Of a DNA stretch of 64,000 nt, positions 62,208 through 64,000 are shown in pieces. A program made the translations under genes and the position numbers. The notes under the pieces are model-generated. The model did not search any database and was not told where the DNA came from. It was given only the letters and a program-made list of their open reading frames with translations. This DNA is from an uncultured cyanobacterium. Lineage in GTDB: Bacteria > Cyanobacteriota > Cyanobacteriia > Cyanobacteriales > Nostocaceae. The stretch spans positions 2,144,001 to 2,208,000 of the forward strand of contig OY970166.1 of NCBI GenBank assembly GCA_963706595.1. The letters are read 5' to 3'. The first letter of the stretch is position 1, and the number at the start of each line of letters is the position of its first letter.

Positions 62208-62903
62208 TTATTGGTTTAAAGCTCTGTGTTTTGCACGTTCTCGATCTAGCTTGGCTTTGATGATGTGCAGTCTTTGATTGGCATATTGACGTTCTGTAAT
62301 TCCACTATTGCTTTCATGTAGTCGGCGGTGATATACCACATCTGGAATTGTAATTTGTTGCAGTTGATGTTCTATTGCCCAAATATACCAACTTATATCA
62401 ATACCTGTGTTGAGATTGGTGTCAAAGTTGCCCACTCTCAAAAAAGCCGATCGCTTGATCAACATAGCACTAGATATATGCGCCGCAACTGGTTTTTCTG
62501 GACAGCGAATCCTGTTTCTGAAGTTTTCATCTAGTTCTGGGCTATAAAAATTTTGAGCATAGCCAAAGACTGCTTCTATATCTGGGTTAGTATCAAAAGC
62601 CGCCATTTGTTTTGCTAGTTTGTCCTGAACCCAAATATCATCAGAATCGAGAAAGGCGAGAAATTCACCATTAGCTACTGCAATTCCGGCATTTCTAGCA
62701 GCACTGATGCCGCCATTGGTTTGATAGTGATATTTCAGGGGGTAGCTTTGGGCAATTTCGCCACTGCGATCGCTCGATCCATCGTCAATTACAATCAACT
62801 CGATATTGGGATGGGTTTGCTCTAAAACACTTTCAATAGCTTCGGCTAAATAGCGCTCTCGATTATAGCAGGGAATAATAACACTAACTAAAGGTAAATT
62901 CAT
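62208..62903 (-). CDS. GT2 glycosyltransferase
   Basis: SVIIPCYN, VIDDGSSD, FLDSDD. Confidence 0.92.
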   Translation of the reverse strand: MNLPLVSVIIPCYNRERYLAEAIESVLEQTHPNIELIVIDDGSSDRSGEIAQSYPLKYHYQTNGGISAARNAGIAVANGEFLAFLDSDDIWVQDKLAKQMAAFDTNPDIEAVFGYAQNFYSPELDENFRNRIRCPEKPVAAHISSAMLIKRSAFLRVGNFDTNLNTGIDISWYIWAIEHQLQQITIPDVVYHRRLHESNSGITERQYANQRLHIIKAKLDRERAKHRALNQ

Positions 62904-64000
62904 CAGATTGATTTATATACTTCACTATTACAAAAACTATCTAGAAAATAATTTGCTGATAGTTTATCACGAGTTTCGCAGGACTTGAGATATTCATGAG
63001 TTTCTAAAATGAGTGCCGTATCCAATGCTTTTGCTGCGGCTTCTTTTAGAGTATGGAAATACATCGGATAGTCTTCGCCTAGATATTCTTTCACCGCCGG
63101 AATCGGATTAACTAGCAGTGGTGTCGCACGGGCAATACATTCAATGATTGCATTATTTACACCAGAGTCATACAAATTCACAAAGGCGATATTCATCGAG
63201 AGCAGATCATCATAGGCATCGTCGGGAATATGTTCAATAACAGTTGTATTCTCAACATAAGCTGGATCAACTTGAATTTTATAAATCCTCCCTTCAATTT
63301 TCATTAGTTGATCTAATATTTTTTCTGCTGAGTCAAACAAAAAACCTAATCTGACTTTTTCGTAACCAAGACAGTTACCTTTAGCTAGAGGTAATTGATA
63401 AATCGAATGTAACTTCCGCAACCACCAGCCAATCTGCACCACTTTTTTCTGAGGATTGGCGAGAAATTGATTAAAATCAAATTGTTTTTCGGGAATCTCC
63501 GTGGGATGGATTAATACTGAAACTGGTTTGCCTGTTTCTTTCCTCAGCCAATCGCCATAATAGTGAGATAGTGCAAACAATCCCACGCAGTGAGGCAAAC
63601 TATCTTGCCAAATTTGCTTCTCAAATAGTTTTTGGGGCGATCTGTGATAATGGAACCAGATGGGCATCCTGTGGGGGTTGTGCATAAATCCCACCCAAGG
63701 GGTTTTATAAGGTACGATACCCTTTTCTTCTGAGTCCGCTAAACTCTGGAAAACTCCATCAGCCCGCATTTTTGCTAATATCCGGGGCGATCTCCTACCA
63801 AAGTGATGATGTTGAAAAAGAAATTGATTTTCTAGGAAGCCATCAAACAAAACACCTTGGGGATTGTGTAAAGAACTTAGTGCTTGAATTGCAAAATTCC
63901 AACCACTGCGATGAGGAGCAAAAACTCTTTGTTGTCCGAGATTAATTTTTCCTGTGGCTATACCTTGTAGTTTTTCAGTAGAAAAATAAAGATTTTCTGC
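62903..64000 (-). CDS. Hypothetical protein with GT-B-like C-terminal part (5' end outside the window)
   Basis: Frame is open to 64000 (AENLYF...HRSGWNFAIQ...); VQIGWWLRK, NNAIIECIARATPLLVN. Confidence 0.7.
   Translation of the reverse strand, partial: AENLYFSTEKLQGIATGKINLGQQRVFAPHRSGWNFAIQALSSLHNPQGVLFDGFLENQFLFQHHHFGRRSPRILAKMRADGVFQSLADSEEKGIVPYKTPWVGFMHNPHRMPIWFHYHRSPQKLFEKQIWQDSLPHCVGLFALSHYYGDWLRKETGKPVSVLIHPTEIPEKQFDFNQFLANPQKKVVQIGWWLRKLHSIYQLPLAKGNCLGYEKVRLGFLFDSAEKILDQLMKIEGRIYKIQVDPAYVENTTVIEHIPDDAYDDLLSMNIAFVNLYDSGVNNAIIECIARATPLLVNPIPAVKEYLGEDYPMYFHTLKEAAAKALDTALILETHEYLKSCETRDKLSANYFLDSFCNSEVYKSI

Noticed and set aside
2374..62534. Numerous short antisense or alternate-frame ORFs overlapping long genes
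   Set aside because: Shadow ORFs of well-supported CDSs.

Overview
Chromosomal window from a filamentous, probably Nostocales, cyanobacterium (frequent HIP1 GCGATCGC octamers, STRR heptamer repeats, hps locus). From left to right: a partial AlgI-type MBOAT acyltransferase, a methyltransferase, htpG and rpmB; the hormogonium polysaccharide (hps) pseudopilin/glycosyltransferase locus, in which hpsA is broken by a 7-bp tandem duplication; DUF502-nusB-ftsY-PP2C; a two-domain sucrose-phosphate synthase; aspartate kinase with a 1-nt frameshift (probably an assembly error); kinase-TPR, nuclease-like-TPR and Uma2 genes; and smc. A ~9.6 kb integrase-free glycan island (GT2/GT4, Wzx, sulfotransferase, FAD oxidoreductase) follows, bracketed by a ~200-bp direct duplication of the smc 3' end. 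Next come PRC-barrel, TIGR04283-like GT, DedA, mgtE, SDR and O-methyltransferase genes. The best candidate for an undescribed system is at 57.2-64 kb. A PqqD/RRE protein carries its own C-terminal lasso-leader-like tail ending in Ser, followed by a nucleotidyltransferase-like gene, an HPr-kinase-like gene, a deleted FkbM methyltransferase and tandem-duplicated GT2 genes. No lasso cyclase or leader peptidase is visible in the window. Several MITEs with exact TIRs and TSDs, some nested, occupy the intergenic spaces. All family assignments come from reading motifs by eye; no database search was run.
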